Origin: Scyliorhinus canicula
Lineage: Eukaryota
Assembly (NCBI RefSeq): GCF_902713615.1
Contig: NW_024055431.1
Location: forward strand, 62,001-126,000
Direction of reading: 5' to 3'
Length of the DNA stretch: 64,000 nucleotides
The position numbers and the translations under genes were made by a program. Shown here piece after piece: positions 48,251 through 62,424 of this stretch; position 1 is the first letter of the stretch; each line of letters starts with the position of its first letter. The notes under the pieces are model-generated. The model saw only the letters and a program-made list of their open reading frames with translations, was not told the DNA's origin and did not search any database.

Positions 48251-49429
48251 GAACCCCAAGTCTCTTTGGACACCCACTGTACTGAACCTCTTTCCATTCA
48301 GAAAGTGCTCAGTTCGATCCTTTTTCGGTTCTAAACAGATAACCTCACACCTGTTTATAATGCCACAATCTTGCCCATTCACCTCGTCTGTCAATTTCTT
48401 CTTGCAATTTAATGCAATCATCTATGCTGTCTATGATGCCACCAAACTTTGTACCATCAGCAACTCAGAGGGGCTGGTTTAGCACACTGGGCTAAATCGC
48501 TGGCTTTTAAAGCAGACCAAGGCAGGCCAACAGCACGGTTCAATTCCCATACCAGCCTCCCCGAATGTGGGGCTTTTCACAGTAACTTCATTTGAAGCCT
48601 CCTTGTGACAATAAGCGATTTTCATTTCATTCACAGTGCAGAAGAGGCCCTTCGGTCCATCAAATTTGCACCGACACATGATAAACCTGACCCACCTACC
48701 TAATCCCATTTGCCAGCACTTGGCTCATAGCCTTCGATGTTATGACGTGCCAGTCTTCATCCAGGTACTTTTTTAGAGGATGTGAGGCAACCCGTCTCTG
48801 TCACCCTCCAAAGGCAGTTCATTCCAGACCGTCACCACCCTCTGGATAGAAATATTTTTCCTCAGTACCTGTGTCAATAAATCTAATCCCCACTCTCTGC
48901 TGGTTAGCCAATCCTCTATCCAAGTTAATTTATTATCTCTCAACCCCGTGGGATTTTACGTTGATTATTACCTTTTGTGTGACACCTTATCAAACATATT
49001 CTGGGAGTCCAAATACATCTACAGGACCCCATTATCCACTTGGTTTGTTACATCTTCCAAGAACTGCAAGAAATGAATCAAACACAATGTACCCTTCACA
49101 AAACCACGCAGACTCTGATGGATTGCAGTTTGACTTTCCAAATGTCCAGATACTGCTTCCTCAATAATGGATTCCAACAGTTTCCCACAACAGACTTTAA
49201 ACTAACTAGTTTCCTACTTTCTGCCTTTTTGACCTAATCCAGTGACATTGGAGATTTTCTCAGTGACCCTCAGTCACCATCATTGAGATTAACTTTAAAT
49301 TCCAGATTTTATTAATTGAATGGATTGGAGCCGATGTCCCCAGAACATTTTCCTGTCTCTCTGGGTAATTAATGCAGTGACATTGTCACTGGGTCAGTGT
49401 CTCCTTCCTGGTCTCTATGAGGTTGTTTG

Positions 49430-50050
49430 TGGCGAGAAGCCGGAAGTCACTTCGGACAGTGATAGTGGAGAATATTCATTGTTCGGCTCTGGGGCCGCAC
49501 TGGGGATTTGTAAACCCCGCCCCCCAGCACGGACCTCTCACCTGACGCCTCACAATGCCCGAGCAATGATTGACGGCATCGCGCGACCAATAGTGGAGTA
49601 GGCGGGTTCGGTCGAACATGGCGGGAATGACTGGTCCTCCAACCAATCGGAGTGAAACAGGGGCGGGACTGGGCCGAGTGAAGCATGCGCAGTGTGATTA
49701 ATGGCGACGCGGAAAAGGTTCTTTCTCGGAACCATAATCAGTGAAGGTGGGAATGGCGGGTCGGAGGGAGAGCTGGATCATGCAGTTTATTAGGGACGCT
49801 TCGTAAACATGTTATATAAACCGAACATCTGACAAAATAAACCACCGGTACCTGGGGATCTGAGCGGAGGTTGTAGCTTTGTTCGAGAAGAGACTATGCG
49901 GCCGCCATCTTTATTTGGTGCTCGCAACGCTACGCATGCGCCCTCGGCATCATTATTTGGCTCACTCGCGGCAGTGCGCACGCGCACCCACCATCTTTAT
50001 TGGGGCACGAATAGCAGAGCGCAGGCTCAGTCGCCATCATTGTTGGGGGC
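49430..50050. promoter_or_regulatory. CpG-island promoter (ETS, CCAAT, GC box, NRF1, YY1 motifs)
   Basis: CCGGAAGT 49440; CCAAT 49587 and 49643; GGGCGGG 49661; GCATGCGCA 49683; GCCGCCATCTT 49901; CGCATGCGC 49933. Confidence 0.7.
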
Positions 50051-51069
50051 AATATTTTTTAAATGTGTCTTCCTGGCAGACTGTTTCACGCTGAGTTACA
50101 AATTCTTATTTATGGGGCAGAATATATGTCGAGGGCAGTGACCATAATTCGAATTTATATTATGACTTGAGCAGAATACAACTTTTAAGACTTTCAGAGA
50201 AACGTCACAAAATAACAATTGACACTGAGCCACATGAGGAGATATTAGTTTTTAAGGAGAATCTTAATGGAGGAAATTGAGTCAGAGAGTGGGAGAGTTT
50301 TAAGGAGGAAATTCCAGAAATTGAGGCCTTGGCAACTCAGTAACGGTGAAGAGATTAAAATCAGGAATTCTCAAGTGGCTGGAATTAAATGAGTGCAGAG
50401 ATCTCAAAGGGGTGTGTGTGGAAGAGATTACAGAGATCTGGATGATCACTACCATGGAGGAAAAGAAGAATGAGAAATTAAAACTTTTTTGTGCCTTTTA
50501 AAAGGAAGCATTTGCAGATCAGTGGGACAGGGGCTGGTGTGAGTAAGCACATGGGTAGCAGAGTTTGGGATGGGATGGAGGGGGTTGTTTAATGTTGGAG
50601 TCCGGCTGCGAGTGCATTGGAATAATTTGGTTGAGACGTAACAGAAGAATGGATGATGGTTTCTGCAGCAGATGAACAGAGACTAAGGTGCAGAAGAGCT
50701 ATCTTCCTGAGGTGGAAATCGGCAATCTTGGTGATGATGTGGATATGTGGTTAAGAGCTCATCTAGGGGTGAAACATTTGACAGGAATGGAATTGGTAAC
50801 AAGGGAGTGGAGTTTGTAGAGGGGATGAAAGGGAATGGGTTCAGTCTTCTCAATATTTAAATGGAGGAAAGTTCTGCTCATCCAGCACTGGATGTCGGAC
50901 AAGATCAGACTGTGTGTGGCTTGGAAAGGAACTTGCAGGTGGTGATGTTCACATACATCTGCTGTCCTGCTCCATCCAGGTGGTGGAGGTTAAGTGTTTT
51001 GGAGATTCTGTCAAATTGTGATTCAGTTGTTGGTTCATTGCTTCCTGTTACCCTCACTCCGTTCTCTCT

Positions 51070-51430
51070 CCCTTTCTGCACCTGCGAGTTCACACTGGGG
51101 AAAGGCCTTTCACCTGCCCCGATGGTGGGAAGGGATACACTCATTCATCCCAACTGCTGACACATCAGCAGATTCACAATGATGAGCGACCTTTTAAATG
51201 CGGGAAGTGCTTTAAAAGTTCTCGGGATCAGGTGTCCCATCAAAGAGTTCACACTGACGAGAAACCATTCAGCTGCTCCGACTGTGGGACTGGGTTCAGA
51301 CGATCGTCTCCACTCACTCTACACCAGCGGATTCACACTGGGGAGAGGCCATTCACCTGCTCCCAGTGTGGAAAGGGATTCATTCACTCAGGCAACCTGC
51401 TGAGACACCAGTGGATTCACACTGGGGAAA
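51070..51430 (+). pseudogene. ZNF pseudogene fragment
   Basis: Frameshifted fingers; [16 protein letters not shown]...HTGERPFC, then truncated. Confidence 0.8.
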
Positions 51431-51709
51431 GGCCTTTCTGCCGGGAATGGTTCAAGCTGGCAGTTGGTACTCAGATTCCCCAGTACAGACACCCTTCACT
51501 TTAAAAATTACATTTCATTCAGACATAAGAGAAACCATCACTGGTTCCCCCACTGCCGCCCCCCCCTGCCCCCCCCCCCCCCCCCCACCACCACCACCAC
51601 CACCACCACCACCACACATACACACAAATACCCCGCAGGCCCAGAGGGACAGTGAGAGTCCAAAACATTGTTGTACAGTCTGATTGATATTTCATATGAG
51701 TCTTTTTCT

Positions 51710-51985
51710 GTCCCATAGAATCCCTTCAGTGCAGAACGAGGCCATTTGGCCCATCAATGCTGCATCAACTCTCCAATACGGCACCCCACTCCTCAACCCT
51801 ATACCCTGAGGCCCACCTAACCTTTGGACACTCAGAGGAAATCTTTTTAAATGGCCAATCCACCTCACCTGCGCTAACCACAGTCTTTGGACTGTGGGAG
51901 GAAACCGGGGCACCCGGAAGGAACCCACGCAGACACGGGGAGGAAGTGCAAACTCTACACAGTCACCCAAGGCCGGAATCAAAAC
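51710..51985 (-). mobile_element. HE1-like SINE
   Basis: Core and CR1-type tail on the - strand. Confidence 0.75.
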
Positions 51986-52404
51986 CCCTCCCTCTGATCT
52001 CCAGTTAGCCCTGTTTGAATGAAAAGAGCCCCAGTTTCTCTCATCCCTCCATGTAACTAAAGCCTCTCTTCCCCGGGATCATCTCAGTGAATCTCTTCCA
52101 CACCCTCTCCATGACCTTGACATCCTTCCTGGTGTAAGATCCTCAAAACCTGATCTAATATTCCAACTGCAGCCTAATCAATGATTTGTCCAGGTTTACA
52201 TGACATCTGTCATTTTGTACTCCACACTTAGAATTATAAAACCTTGGATCCCATGTGTTTTTGAAACACTTTATCAACTTGTCCTCCCACGTTTAAATAT
52301 TTGTGTATCTGAACTACTTTTTGGGTTTGGGAGATATTAACATAACATGGCTGAAATTCATTGACATCCAATGTCTGATATAATGTGTATAAGGTATAAT
52401 GGGG

Positions 52405-52725
52405 GCCTCACGGTAGCATGGTGGTTAGCATCAATGCTTCACAGCTCCAGGGTCCCAGGTTCGATTCCCGGCTGGGTCACTGTCTGTGTGGAGTCTGCAC
52501 GTCCTCCCCGTGTGTGCGTGGGTTTCCTCCGGGTGCTCCGGTTTCCTCCCACAGTCCAAAGATGTGCGGGTTAGGTGGATTGGCCATGCTAAATTGCCCG
52601 TCGTGTAAGGTTAATTGGGGGATTGTTGGGATACGGGTTACGTGGGTTTAAGTAGGGTGATCATTGCTCGGCACAACATCGAGGGCCGAAGGGCCTGTTC
52701 TGTGCTGTACTGTTCTATGTTCTAT
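52405..52725 (+). mobile_element. Young HE1-like SINE
   Basis: Near-identical to the copy at 35148. Confidence 0.9.
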
Positions 52726-53099
52726 GTGTGTTATGGGGAGAGAAGTTTAGTCTGAGTTAGAAACTCAAGCAGGAGCTTCACTGCAGACAGGTCACCGTGG
52801 AAACGCTGATAAGACATTCCATTCCACAGAATCGACTCATTGGAAACTTTTATTGGATCGGGGAGAGGACAGAGTTTGTCTGTTATTAACCTCAACATAA
52901 ACTTAAACCAGAGTGAATAATAGAACAGATTAAATTCTAACCTGTGATATTTTCGCTACAGTAGTGGAATTATCAGAAATAATAGAATTAACAGGCAGGG
53001 TAGTTCAGGGAAAATGAGGAAATTACTGCAGAAACTTAACTGCTGGGAACCAAGAATGTGCCCTTGTAAATCACAGATTAGATAAATTCCTGCTGTCTT

Positions 53100-53430
53100 T
53101 TCCTCACTTGCTGCATGAACTGTGTTCCGTACTGGCCACCAAACCTCAGGAAAGATACATTGCACTCGGTAACGGTCCAGTACAGATTGACCATGATGAA
53201 GTGAGGCTGATGAACTGAGTGAGTCCCTTCCCATACACGGAGAACATTAATGGTCGCTCCTCAGTGTGAACAGGTCGATGAATCTCCAGGTCTGATTAAA
53301 TCTATTCCACAGTCCCCAGATTTCCAAGGTTTCTTCCTGCGTGACTACATATCGTTCGAAAGGTCAGACCATCGGCTAAAACGTCATCCACATTCCGAAC
53401 ATGGGAGCTGTTTCTCCCACACTGAACAGG
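53100..53430 (-). pseudogene. Degenerate ZNF relic
   Basis: EKQLPCSECG*RFSRWSDL...KKPWKSGDCGIDL...HTEERPLMFSVYGKGLTQFISL with stops. Confidence 0.7.
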
Positions 53431-53439
53431 GTCTTTGAA

Positions 53440-54990
53440 CAACGAACAATACAGCACAGGAACAGGCCATTCGGCCCTCCAAACCTGTACCGGTCATGAT
53501 ACCAACATTTGCCAAAACCCTCAGCACTTCCTTGTGCCGTATCCCTCTATACCCATCCTATCCATGTGTTTGTCAAGATGCCTTTTGAACGCCGTTAACG
53601 TATCTGCTTCCATAACCTCCCCTGGCAATGCATTCCAGGCACTCACCACCCTCTGCATAAAAAAAACCTGCCTCGCACATCTCCTCTAAACTTTACCCCA
53701 GGGACCTTAAATCTATGCCCCCGGGTGACTGACCCCACCCCCACTCTATCCATGCCCCTCATAATCTTGTCGACCTCTATCAGGTCATCCCTCAACCTCT
53801 GTCTTTCTCATGAAAACAATCCGAGTCTATTCAGCCTCTCTACATACCTAACACAATCCAGACTAGGCAACATCCTGGTAAACCTCCTCTGCACCCTCTC
53901 CAAATCCTCCACATCCTTCTGGTACTGTGGCGACCAGAATTGTGCTTAATATTCCAAGTGTGGCCTTAACAAGGTTCTACACAACTATTGCCTGACTTGG
54001 CAGTTTTTATACTTGATGCCCCGTCCAATGAAGGGAAGCATTCCATCTGCTTTCTTGACTATCTTGTTCATTTGTGATGCCAACTTGAAAGATTTGTGCA
54101 CATGCACACACAGATCTCTCTGACTTTCTATATTCCTGGGAGTTTTGCCATTAACGGTATATTTCCCCTCATAATATAATAATATTCTCCTTAACCAGTA
54201 ATGCTACTCACTCACCCCTTTTACATCCCTCTCTATCTCTCCTGAAGCATCTCTATCCTCCAACATTCAGCTGCCAATCCTGCCCTTCCTTTAAACATGT
54301 TTCTGTGATAGCCACAACATTGTAATTCCAAGTACTAATAAGTGCTCTAAGTTCATCTGCCTCCCCGGTATACTTCTGGAGTTGAAACAAATACTCTTCA
54401 AACCACTGTGTTTGAGCAGACAGGGTGATGTGATTCTCTTATTTTTGTTCTCCAATTCACCTTCAGTTATTACACCTTCTGGCTCCCACCCTCCTGCCAT
54501 ACTTGTTTAAATCCTCCCGAGTGACTACATCAAACCTCTCAGCCAGGATATTGGTGCCCCTCCAGTTTAGATGCAACATGTCCTTCTTGTACAGGTCACA
54601 CCTGCCCCGGAAGAGATCCCAGTGGTTGTTCACCCTCCCCCTTCAGGATGTCCCGTGTTCGTTCAGAGACAGACTGGATCCTGGCATCAGAGAGGCAACA
54701 TACCATTCTGGAGTCTCTTTCCCGTCCACAGAAGCGCCTATCTGGACTCCTTCATATAGAGGCCCCTATAACTATCACTCTCCCGCAGTTTGCCCTCCCC
54801 TGCTGAACAACAGAGCCAGTTGTGGTGCCACTGTTCAGGCTGTTGTTGTTTTCACCACTGGGCTACCCCCCCCCCCTCCCCCCCCCCCCCCAACAGTATC
54901 CAAAATGGTATACATGTTAGAGAGGGGGACAGCCATAGGAGATTCCTGCATTGCCTGCCTGCCCATTCTAGTGGTCACCCATCTGTCTGA
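53440..54990 (-). mobile_element. CR1 LINE with 3' end, APE start and ORF1 remnant (internally deleted)
   Basis: LKSICFNSRSI APE motif ~54400; esterase-like RMVCCL ~54700; tail at ~53440. Confidence 0.75.
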
Positions 54991-54994
54991 TCCA

Positions 54995-55825
54995 GTGAAC
55001 AGACTGTGGAAATAACTTTAACCAGTTACACAGCTTGGAAAAAACATCACACCATTCACAGCAGGGAGACACCGTGCATGTGTTCTGTGTGGACGAGGCT
55101 TCAACTGATCATCCAACCTGGAGAGACACAAGGACACTGGCACCATGGAGAAAGTGTGGAAATGTGAGGACTGTGCGAAACGGTTCAAATGTTCATCACA
55201 GCTGGAAAATCATCGATGCAATCACACTGGGGAGAAGCCAATCATCTGTTCTGTGTGGGGGAAGGGATTCAGTATGTCAGCCAGCCTCATGTCACACCAG
55301 CAAATTCACACTGAGGAGAGGCCATTCAGCTGCACTCACTGTGAAAAGAGGTTTGGGCGGTTATCTAACCTCAATGTGTACCAGCATGTTCAGACTGGGG
55401 AAAGACTATTCACTTGCTCTGTGTGTTGGAAGGGATTCATTCATTCAACCAGCTTTCTGATGCACAAGCAAATACACACCGAGGAGAATCCACTGACTTG
55501 TACTCAGTGGGGAAGAATTTCAGGCAGTCATCCACTCTGATTGCACACAAACATATTCACACTGGGGAAAGACCGTTCATCCCCTCTGTATCTGGGAAGA
55601 GATACTCTCAGTCCGGCAGCCTACTGTTTATTACACACTTGCACTTACAGAGGGGAAAGACTGTTCATCTCCTCTGTCTCTGGGAAGAGATATTCTCAGT
55701 CCAGCAGCCTGCTGTTTGTTGCACACACGTACGCACACAGAGGAGAAGCCGTTCATCTGCTCTGTGTGTGGAAGGGATTCACTCAGTCATTTAACCTCTT
55801 GACACATCAACAGCTACATGAGTGA
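54995..55825 (+). pseudogene. ZNF pseudogene (ATG 55145; damaged fingers, frameshift ~55520)
   Basis: MEKVWKCEDC...; C-to-W and H-to-Y/Q substitutions; stop at 55540. Confidence 0.82.
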
Positions 55826-56012
55826 CTGAAGAGACTGGATTCTGCTGTTATTGCTGCTGTTAATCACATACAAGATCGATAGTCTTACAATATATGTTTA
55901 TTTTTGCTGATGTCAACAACCCCTATAACTGGCTGCAGTTTAATATTCTGGATTTGTCACTGATTTTGGGGGCTGCAGTGTCTCTTTTTAAAACCATCTT
56001 TCCTCTTTATTA

Positions 56013-56358
56013 GGGGCAGCACGGTAGCATGGTGGTTAGCATAAATGCTTCACAGCTCCAGGGTCCCAGGTTCGATTCCTGGCTGGGCCACTGTCTGTGC
56101 GGAGTCTGCACGTCCTCCCCGTGTGTGCGTGGGTTTCCTCCGGGTGCTCCGGTTTCCTCCCACAGTCCAAAGATGTGCGGGTTAGGTGGATTAGCCATGC
56201 TAAATTGCCTGTAGTGTCCTAATAGTAAGGTTAAGGGGGGGAGTTGTTGGGTTGCGGGTATAGGGTGGATACGTGGGTTTGAGTAGGGTGATCATTGCTC
56301 GGCACAACATCGAGGGCCGAAGGGCCTGTTCTGTGCTGTACTGATCTATGTTCTATGT
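56013..56358 (+). mobile_element. Young HE1-like SINE
   Basis: Near-identical to the copy at 35148. Confidence 0.9.
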
Positions 56359-57059
56359 TCAAGATCTCTCCCAGGAATAACAATCCTGATTCTTTTGCTG
56401 CCAGTCTGGGCTCAATAAAATTTGAGATGGATTTGCAGGTATTGTTTATTTTAACCAGTTGGCTGAGTGACTCACTCTATTGGGAGAGCAGGACACCACC
56501 AGTCTCCTGCCTCTTCAACAGCCAGAGAGCCGAGGGAACAAAACATCTCATTTCATATACATTCAAGTTGCATCAAGTTTCACATACATACAACCAAATA
56601 AGGCAACGGTACAAATGCAAAGCTCCCATAGGCTTTCCCCACATTCCTTAACATGGCCTGAGGCCCCCTTTCCCAGTATCCCTGGCAACAAAGAAATGGT
56701 CCTAGTGGCTGCCCATCCCCCTCTTCCTGCCTTGAATCCCAGTTGATGTTTAAAAGTCCACTAACCTAACTCCTTATTCTACTGCAGTAAAATTTTACTC
56801 CTAACTTGGCCTACTACCCATTATGCCTTTCTGTTCATTTCCTCAGGAACACACTTGCTATAGTGTGATACACTTTTACTTTAATCCTAAATAGTTTTTG
56901 GTGCAAAATCTATAATTCAGTTTCTGAAACATTCTACTGATCTCCGATTGGAAAATGCTGATTAATCCTTGCTGGCAATTCTTTCTGATTTACACATTTT
57001 TCACTGTGACACCACCATTATGAAATTAAATTATCAACATGAAATAAAACCGTAAAATA

Positions 57060-57390
57060 TTTCACCACCTCATGAATAGAAACTTAATCAACATTATTAT
57101 TGATGAAGTTTGGAAGTCGCTGAGTTGAATCATTTCTGACACAGCAGCCGTAACATTTAGTAAAGGTGGAACCCACAACAAAAACTGGTTTGAGAGCCAC
57201 TCAGCAGAGATGACATCTGTCGTTGAAGCAAAAAGCAATGCCGACCCGAGGCCCAACATAAACCCAAAAGCCAGAACAGTGCATCACTTGGGACTTGAAC
57301 ATTGCCAAGACCATTTTGTAAAAGATGGAGATGCTGTGCAAATAAATACTGGTGCAGCCTACGTCAAGGAATCTGAAATGCATTTGATTG
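57060..57390 (+). mobile_element. Probable RTE-clade LINE remnant
   Basis: KNWFESHSAEMTSVVEAK resembles the RTE ORF2 DWFDEND.EI...L.EK motif. Confidence 0.45.
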
Positions 57391-57399
57391 TGGATTATT

Positions 57400-57620
57400 G
57401 TTTTTGAATTTAGAGTACCCAATTCATTTTTTCCAATTAAGGGCAATTTAGCAGAGCCAATCCACCTACCTTGCACATTTTTGGGTTGTGGGAGCGAAAC
57501 CCATGCAAACACGGGGAGAATGTGCAAACTCCACATGGAGATTGACCCAGAGCCAGGATCGAACCAGGGACCACGGCACCGTGAGACAGCAGTGCTAACC
57601 ACTACGCCACCGTGCCGCCC
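57400..57620 (-). mobile_element. HE1-like SINE
   Basis: Head at ~57620 on the - strand. Confidence 0.85.
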
Positions 57621-59199
57621 TGATTATGGATTATGATGAAGTTCTCACCCGCAGATGTAAATATGTCCCGCTGGGTTGAACACGACTGTGAGCTGTACTC
57701 CTGTGAGATGGACACCTCCCGGTCTCTCTTTGACTCTCCTGCAGCTTCCTGTCATGGTTGAGTTGGACAAGGAACCCTCATCACTTGAACTGGGAAAGGC
57801 CATTGATTGCTGAGAAAGCAGAAAGGTGCCCGGCAAGGATGGAATTCCAGCTGATCATCTCAAACACAGAAAGTCCCATTGACTGTCACACCTTCATGAC
57901 CTGCTCCTCCTCTGTTGTTAGGTTTTCAGCTGTTCCTCATTTCGACGATGACATCTACTAAGAGTAATGTGTTTCTCTTGTGGTCTTTCTGCGATTTGAG
58001 AAGGTGTTTCTTGACCCACAGATCTTTGGCAGAGATCCCTCTCTGCCTCTTCATTGAGGCGTTGGAATTCAAATGTAATAATAATAATAATCTTTATTGC
58101 TGTCACAAGTAGGCTTACATTATCACTAATGAAGTTACTGTGAATAACCCCTAGTCGCCACACTCCGGCGCCTGTTCGGGTGAATTCAGAATGAGAAATT
58201 CACCTAACAAGCAAGTCTTTCAGGGAGAATGTGCAGACTCTGCACAGACAGTAACCCAGGCGGGAATCAAAACTGGCGCTGTGAAGCAACAGTGCTAACA
58301 ACTATACTACCATGCCATCCTAATGATGCAGTTTGATGGACACGTTGTCACGATAGTGACTGATTGGCAGCAAACTCTTGCCAGTCATTACAGTCAATGC
58401 TTATTACATTAGTGGGGAGTGAACAGGAGTGGAGTAAATTCAGAGACAGACAAGGCAGCACCCAGTTATTAGCCTTGACCAGAACATCAGCTTTCTCAGC
58501 ATTGTTTCTCTAGAGTTATTAAAGCTCTCGATTATGTCACAGGAAAGAAACACAGGTTCAGGTGCTGATGGAGATCCTGGTGCATCCTCAGCCATCGAGG
58601 ACTTGAACTATGTGAAGATATGATCGACAAGTTTGCAGATAAGTTTGCAAATGGAAAATTGTTGGTGTGGTAACTAGCGAGGACAAAAGCCTTAAATTAC
58701 GGATTGATACAGATGGGCTGGTCATGTGGGAAGAACAGTGGCATATGGAATTTAACCAGGAAAAGTGGTAACTCCTGTCCTGAGTTAGTGCAGACATGAT
58801 GTGCAGAGTGAATTTCATCTGTGCTGGATCATTCTAGAAAACACTGAACATTCATTATCACGAGCAAGAGGGAAGAAGGTGGAGGAATGACTGATTATGG
58901 GATTGAACCCAGCATGAGTTTGCGTCTTCTCGGGAGGAGAGAGGAAGGACCCATTGGGGAAAAATCACTGGAGAAAAACACTGAAAAAAACACCTTAAAT
59001 TCTGCACTGTTCCACGGGAGAGCAGCATTGAATCATTTTGAGAAATAGAGAATAGCAGAATACCCATTGAAAATAATTTGCTTGATTATTTTTATGAATT
59101 GGTAACCAAGTTATTTTGTATTTACTGTTTGCCGTTTCAATGGTGCGGCTACTACCCACCATTCCATGCGGCTGTGAATGTGCCCTATTCATTCCACAG

Positions 59200-59520
59200 G
59201 AGCCCAGTGCGCAGACGCAATGCTGGGCTGTGTCTGGAGCATGCGCAGTCTCGGAGGTCTGCGAGTGCGGGAGCGGCTGTTTGGGGCGGTGAGAGTCGGT
59301 GAGGCGGAGGGAGGAATGGAGCCGGGAGCTGGAGTCAGGAGGGAGCGAAGGCTTCAAAAACACCCCCTGCTGGTCACAAGGCCGGAATAAGACCCTGCAA
59401 ATCCCGCGTTTGCAGCTGCGGAGCTTTTATCCGGTATCAGGCCCAGATACACGGCCGCCATCTTTGTTTAGCGGCGCGGCTGAGGAGCCATCTTGATGAC
59501 GTAACAGAGGCGATGCTTCA
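59200..59520. promoter_or_regulatory. CpG-rich promoter-like element
   Basis: GCATGCGCA 59239-59247; GCCGCCATCTT 59454-59464; TGACGTAA near 59497. Confidence 0.6.
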
Positions 59521-59629
59521 GGCTCCCGTTACCAGGAGAGAAAATCATTGTGTCGATGATTGACAGGCCCCTCCAGTCCAGAGGGGAAAGGTGCTGCTGC
59601 CATGTATGGCAATCCGAAGAACAGAAGAA

Positions 59630-60290
59630 TAATCACATCAGAATTAGTAGGAGCAGGGACTGGCCATGCGGCCTATTGACCCTACTCTGCCATTCAATAA
59701 AGGCATGGCTGATCCAAATGGGCCCTTAATTACATTTTCCTGCCTTCCCCCAGAAACCTTTTTTGACTCCCCAGTCGATAAAAAAAGACTAACTCAGCTT
59801 TGCGCATATTCAGTGACCCAGCGCCATTACTCTCAAGGAAAGGGAATTCCACAAACTCAGCTTTGAAAGAGTCATCCAGACTCAAAACATTAGCTCCCTT
59901 TTCTCCCCACAGATACTGTCAGACCTGCTGAGATTGTCCAGTATTTTCTGTTTTTGTTCCAGATTCCAGCATCCACAGTAATTTGCTTTTATCCACAGAC
60001 TGATGACCCTCTGAAAGAAGACATTTCTCCTTATCTCAGTGTCAAATTGGAGAACTCTTATCTTTAAATTGTCCCCCTTAGTTCTGGAATCCCCATGTGG
60101 AAAAATATTCTTTCACCAAAACCCCTCAGGATCTTAGATGTTTCAATAAGATCAACTCTCATTTTTTTAAAAACTCCAGCGGGTACAGACTAAAGAGTCT
60201 CAATATCTTCCTCCATAAAACAAACTCTCCTATCCCAGGAATCAGACTAGTGAAACTTCACTGAACTGCTTCCAAAGCAAGAATAACCCG
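59630..60290 (-). mobile_element. CR1 3' end
   Basis: Antisense CR1 tail and RT C-terminal motifs. Confidence 0.7.
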
Positions 60291-61229
60291 CATTAAATAA
60301 TCCTGGGACTGGCAACAAGGGAAGAGAATGTTTGGAACTTCTATCCTGGACTTGAAGAATGATGGATTTTGGAAACCCCTTTTGCCGAGGGTTAGAAGGG
60401 GAGGATTAACACCCAGCAAACTCAAACCAAGATCAATGTTTGTCTTAATTTCTAACCTCGACTAACATTTCTGACCATTGTAATTTCCTTTTACAGCTGC
60501 TTCCAAGGTTTCTGATATCTTTCCAGCCAAAGGTTGCATCAGGAGATTGTAAACTTGAAAACACCAAAATTGTGACACAGGTATTATTATTATTAATTAT
60601 AAATTTCAAGTCCCCAATTATTTGTTTCCAATTAAGGGGCAATTTAGCATGGCCAGTCCGAAGCTGGCACTCCCAGTGCAGACTTTGGTGTTGTGAGGAT
60701 GTTGCTGTGGTGAAGAGTGGCTGCTGGTGTTGCTGCTGCTCTCTTTCTCGCTCTCGCTCTGCTGCTGTTGCTCAGTTTGCTGCCTGTTTCCAGTGCTGGT
60801 TGCTGCTCAGCTGCCTGGAGGAAGGAGAGGGGAGAGAGGGACGGAGAGAGGAGAGGAGGACAACAACAAGGAGGCAACTTCAGAAAGAAGGTGGGAGCAA
60901 AGCCCTTTGGACTGCTTGTTTGCTGGGCCGAGGGCCCGGCCCAGTCTTCCCAGCTGATAACATCTGCCTTCAGCAAGGACAAAACCTTCCTTATTCGATC
61001 CCCATTCACCTTGTATTGTAGCTCTCTTGAAATGAATGCGAACATTGCATTTGCCTGTCGAACTGCCAACTTTCCTTTATTTGTTCTTGGGATGTGGGTG
61101 TTACCTTGGCCCAATGTTACTAATCGTAATCAGTTCGCAAAGCAAAATTTAAATCAAAAATATCCATTTCAATGGCGGGTTTATTACCCAACATGTGTAG
61201 TAGCTGAGAATGTGCTCTAACCACATGAC

Positions 61230-61560
61230 AGGAGCTCCTCGCAGATGCGCAGAGTCCGGCTGTGACTGGAGCATGCGCCGTTCGGGCTGTGACCAGCGCA
61301 TGCGCGGTTCAGATTGTTGCTGACGGTGCAAGGAGCGGGAAAGAAACAAGCGAGCGACTTTCAGGATTGGAGCCGGTGGGTGGCCGGGGAGCAATATGAA
61401 GCAGCGGAGTGAGCCGGGAGGCTTTATAAATACCCAGTGGAGGCTTCAACTCCCGAGGAAAATGTTAACAGTCCCGTCTTAATAAGCACCGAATAGAGTG
61501 AGAGCTGAGACCGGTGACAGGCCCGGGTTACCGGCTGCCATCTTTACAGAGGACAATGCA
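61230..61560. promoter_or_regulatory. CpG-rich promoter-like element, paralog of the 59.2-kb element
   Basis: GGCTGTG.CTGGAGCATGCGC shared; GCGCATGCGC 61296-61305; GCCATCTT 61537-61544. Confidence 0.6.
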
Positions 61561-62424
61561 CCGCAGGAAAGGGGCTGGTTTAGCACAGTGGGCTAAGACA
61601 GCTGGCTTGTAATGCAGAACAAGACCAGCAGTGCGGGTTCAATTCCCGTTCCAGCCTCCCCGAACAGGCACCGGAATGTGGGGACTAGGGGCTATTCACA
61701 GTAACTTCATTGAAGCCTACTTGTGACAATACGTGATTATTATTATGCACTGTGAGCCTGGACCGGATGCTAACTCTCCCGGATTGACTGACTGGAGTCT
61801 CCAGGATTTTATTTTAATCATTTGTGGGAGTCACTGGCTGGGCCAACATTCATTGTCCATCCCTAATTTCCCTTAAACCGAGCTGCTTGCTCGGCCATCT
61901 CAGAGGGCATTTAAAGAGTCAACCACATTGCTGTGGTTTGGAATCGTGTCGGCCAGACCAGGTAAGGATGGCAGATTTTCTTTTCTATTCATTCACGGGA
62001 TGTGGGTGTCGCTGGCTGGGCCAGCATTCACTGCCCAGCCCTAATTGCCCTTGAACTGAGTGCATCTCAGAGAGCATTTTAAGAGCCAACCAGCTAACTG
62101 TAGATCTGGAGTCACATGTAGGCCAGACCACGTAAGGATAGAAGATTTCCTTCACTGAAGGACAGGAGTGAACCAGATGGGTCTTTGCAACAATCGACAA
62201 TGGTTTCATGGTCATCAGTAAACTTTCAATGAATTCAAATTTTACCTTCTGCCTTGGTGAGATTGATACTTGGGTGTCTGGAAAATCATTGGGACAGTCA
62301 AAAATATTTTTGTGACTGGAAAATCATTAGGACAGTAAAAAAGATTTTTGAACATTTCTCTTCAGCGGATATAAAAATATTGAAAATGGGATGAAGGTTG
62401 TTTGGCTGACAGTCAATCACTGTA

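Noticed and set aside
51555-51620. Poly-C/(CCA)n run giving poly-Pro, poly-Thr and poly-Trp ORFs
   Set aside because: Simple repeat; homopolymer length is also unreliable.
60572-61220. Signal-peptide-like ORFs of 149-167 aa
   Set aside because: Derived from CTG/GA low-complexity sequence; no domain or splice support.
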